Assembly (NCBI GenBank): GCA_965228855.1
Contig: CBDDIJ010000003.1
Location: forward strand, 256,001 to 320,000
Source: Candidatus Obscuribacterales bacterium
GTDB taxonomy: Bacteria > Cyanobacteriota > Vampirovibrionia > Obscuribacterales > Obscuribacteraceae
DNA length: 64,000 bases
Reading direction: 5' to 3'
Shown here: one piece after another, positions 62,428 through 64,000 of the stretch
Position numbering within the stretch: the first letter of the stretch is position 1
Layout: the number at the start of each line of letters is the position of its first letter
The notes under the pieces: model-generated
What the model saw: only the letters and a program-made list of their open reading frames with translations
What the model was told of the DNA's origin: nothing
The model's database searches: none
Position numbers and translations under genes: made by a program

Positions 62428-62477
62428 TTCAAGGCCGCTATTATAAGCGGTTGTGCACCACAAAAGTTCGCATTACA

Positions 62478-62512
62478 AAACGACGCCAGGATAATCCATC
62501 CGGCGTCGTTTA
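62478..62512. terminator. Bidirectional terminator between cysK and the DHS-like gene
   Basis: AAACGACGCC-A-GGAT-AATCC-ATCC-GGCGTCGTTT. Confidence 0.7.
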
Positions 62513-62566
62513 ATTGCTTGAGTTTTCCGACTGAAACATTAGAGTTTCAATCGCTCGTTATGTGGC

Positions 62567-63592
62567 TTACTTGGTCTTTGATTTGCCCGAGACAAGCTCG
62601 CGCTCTTGAACGTGCGCACCAGAATCGAGCACGTATTGGAAGACCAGCGGAGCCACTATACTCGCGTCTGATTCAATCACGAAGCGAGGAGTTTCGGGAG
62701 TAATCTTGCCCCAGGTGATTTTCTCGTTCGGCACAGCTCCGCTATAACTTCCATAAGATGTGGTGCTATCCGAGATCTGGCAGAAGTAATCCCAGCACTT
62801 AACATGACCTTTGATGTCCTGCTCGATAAGCGGAACAACACAAATGGTGAAATCGCCCGCGATACCACCGCCAATCTGGAAGAAACCGAGCGAGTTCTTT
62901 TCGCTCTCGTCGATATACCAGTGAATCAGCTTTTCCATGGCTTCCAGACCGGACTTCATAATGCCGTAGCCTTTGATGTCTTTCTTGTAGATGTGCGACA
63001 CGAAGATGTTACCCATCGTCGAATCTTCCCAGCCCGGAGTCCAGATGGGCAGATTTTTCTCCGCTGCAGCCAGGAGCCATGAGTCTTTCGGATCAATTTG
63101 ATAGCTGTCTTTGAGCACTCCGCTCAGAAGCAGTTGATACATGTATTCGTAAGGGAAGTAGCGAGCGTTTTCTTGCTCAGCTTTCTTGTAGAGGTCCAGA
63201 AGCGGTTTTTCAACTTTTCTGAATGCGCTTTCTTCCGGAATACAAGTGTCGGTCACTCGGTTCATACCTTTGTCGCGTAACTCAACTTCCTGTTCGGCTG
63301 TCAGTTCGCGATAGTTTGGAATGCGGACATATTCATCGTGAGCGACGAGATTGAATATATCTTCTTCGAGGTTGGCGCCTGTGCAAGTGATGGCGTGAAC
63401 TTTGTCCTGCCGGATCATCTCAGCGAGCGAGACGCCGAGTTCCGCAGTACTCATTGCTCCAGCCATTGTGAGCAGCATCTTGCCGCCCTTCTCTAGGTGC
63501 GCAACATAAGCCTGGGAAGCGTCTTTCACCACAGCGGCATTGAAATGTCTGTAGTGATGATCGATAAAGGTTTTGATGTTCATTTTTTCCAT
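62567..63592 (-). CDS. Deoxyhypusine synthase-like protein
   Basis: AGAMSTAELG, TGANLEED, DSTMGN, IGGGIAGD and YSGAVPNEKITWGK (catalytic Lys region). Confidence 0.92.
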   Translation of the reverse strand: MEKMNIKTFIDHHYRHFNAAVVKDASQAYVAHLEKGGKMLLTMAGAMSTAELGVSLAEMIRQDKVHAITCTGANLEEDIFNLVAHDEYVRIPNYRELTAEQEVELRDKGMNRVTDTCIPEESAFRKVEKPLLDLYKKAEQENARYFPYEYMYQLLLSGVLKDSYQIDPKDSWLLAAAEKNLPIWTPGWEDSTMGNIFVSHIYKKDIKGYGIMKSGLEAMEKLIHWYIDESEKNSLGFFQIGGGIAGDFTICVVPLIEQDIKGHVKCWDYFCQISDSTTSYGSYSGAVPNEKITWGKITPETPRFVIESDASIVAPLVFQYVLDSGAHVQERELVSGKSKTK

Positions 63593-63733
63593 TCACCTGC
63601 AAAGTAGCTTTGACCGGGTTCAACCCAGTCGGTACATGCGTTTTACTCTGCGTATTCTATATAAAAGATGTTCTTTAGAAGGTGTTTTTGAGGAAAGTTG
63701 ACGTAACTGAATAAGACTTAATCTTTCCGAAAC

Positions 63734-64000
63734 TCACTTAGCTGGCGCAGCGCCTTGCAAATTGCCTTCAGCGAGCTTTGCGTTTTTCTCCAGAAAGCCC
63801 TTCAACCCTTCGACGTACAGTGTCCAGTCTTTCGAGAAATCATTGTGCGTGCTGTTTGGACCAATGATAAGTTGCTTGGACTCGCTGCCCTCTGCGAACA
63901 TTTTTTCACTGTGGTGGACCGGAATCATATCGTCCAATTTGCCGGCAAACAAGAGAAGAGGTGGATGTTTCCCTCTCACGTAATCTAGATTGTCCAGCGT
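63734..64000 (-). CDS. Alpha/beta hydrolase, 3' end only
   Basis: PLLLFAGKLDDMIP..HS......GPNSTHND (catalytic Asp and His); the ORF continues beyond the window. Confidence 0.75.
   Translation of the reverse strand, partial: TLDNLDYVRGKHPPLLLFAGKLDDMIPVHHSEKMFAEGSESKQLIIGPNSTHNDFSKDWTLYVEGLKGFLEKNAKLAEGNLQGAAPAK

Overview
This is a mostly housekeeping chromosomal segment from a diderm bacterium. It is inferred to be a non-photosynthetic relative of Cyanobacteria (Vampirovibrionia/Melainabacteria, Obscuribacterales-like), based on a cyanobacterial-type atp operon (b and b', no beta/epsilon), cyanobacterial-type ScpA, SepF and PspA/Vipp1-like proteins, a TonB system and no photosynthesis genes. 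Contents: a desaturase/FAD-oxidoreductase/DUF1365/CFA-methylase lipid cluster; CDF and DHA2 MFS transporters with a TetR regulator; dut-dapB-asd-dapA-rnj; sepF, ispD and smc-scpA-scpB; tgt and pspA; the atp operon; a TonB protein and TonB-dependent receptor with Fur-like boxes; SpoIID and RseP; a RAPP-leader plus copper-storage gene pair; panB; fabG-acpP-fabF-gatA; cysK; and a deoxyhypusine-synthase-like gene. The most striking feature is the ~2.5 kb stretch with no credible gene at 8970-11500. It holds an array of two unrecognised structured RNA-like elements in the order B-A-B-A-A. Element A (~210 nt, 3 copies) has its own promoter, intrinsic terminator and compensatory base-pair changes; element B (~175 nt, 2 copies) also covaries. 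Other highlights are a 1022-aa orphan protein with a neprilysin(M13)-like metalloprotease motif set and a 6S-like RNA candidate downstream of sepF. All calls come from reading the sequence by eye; no searches were run.
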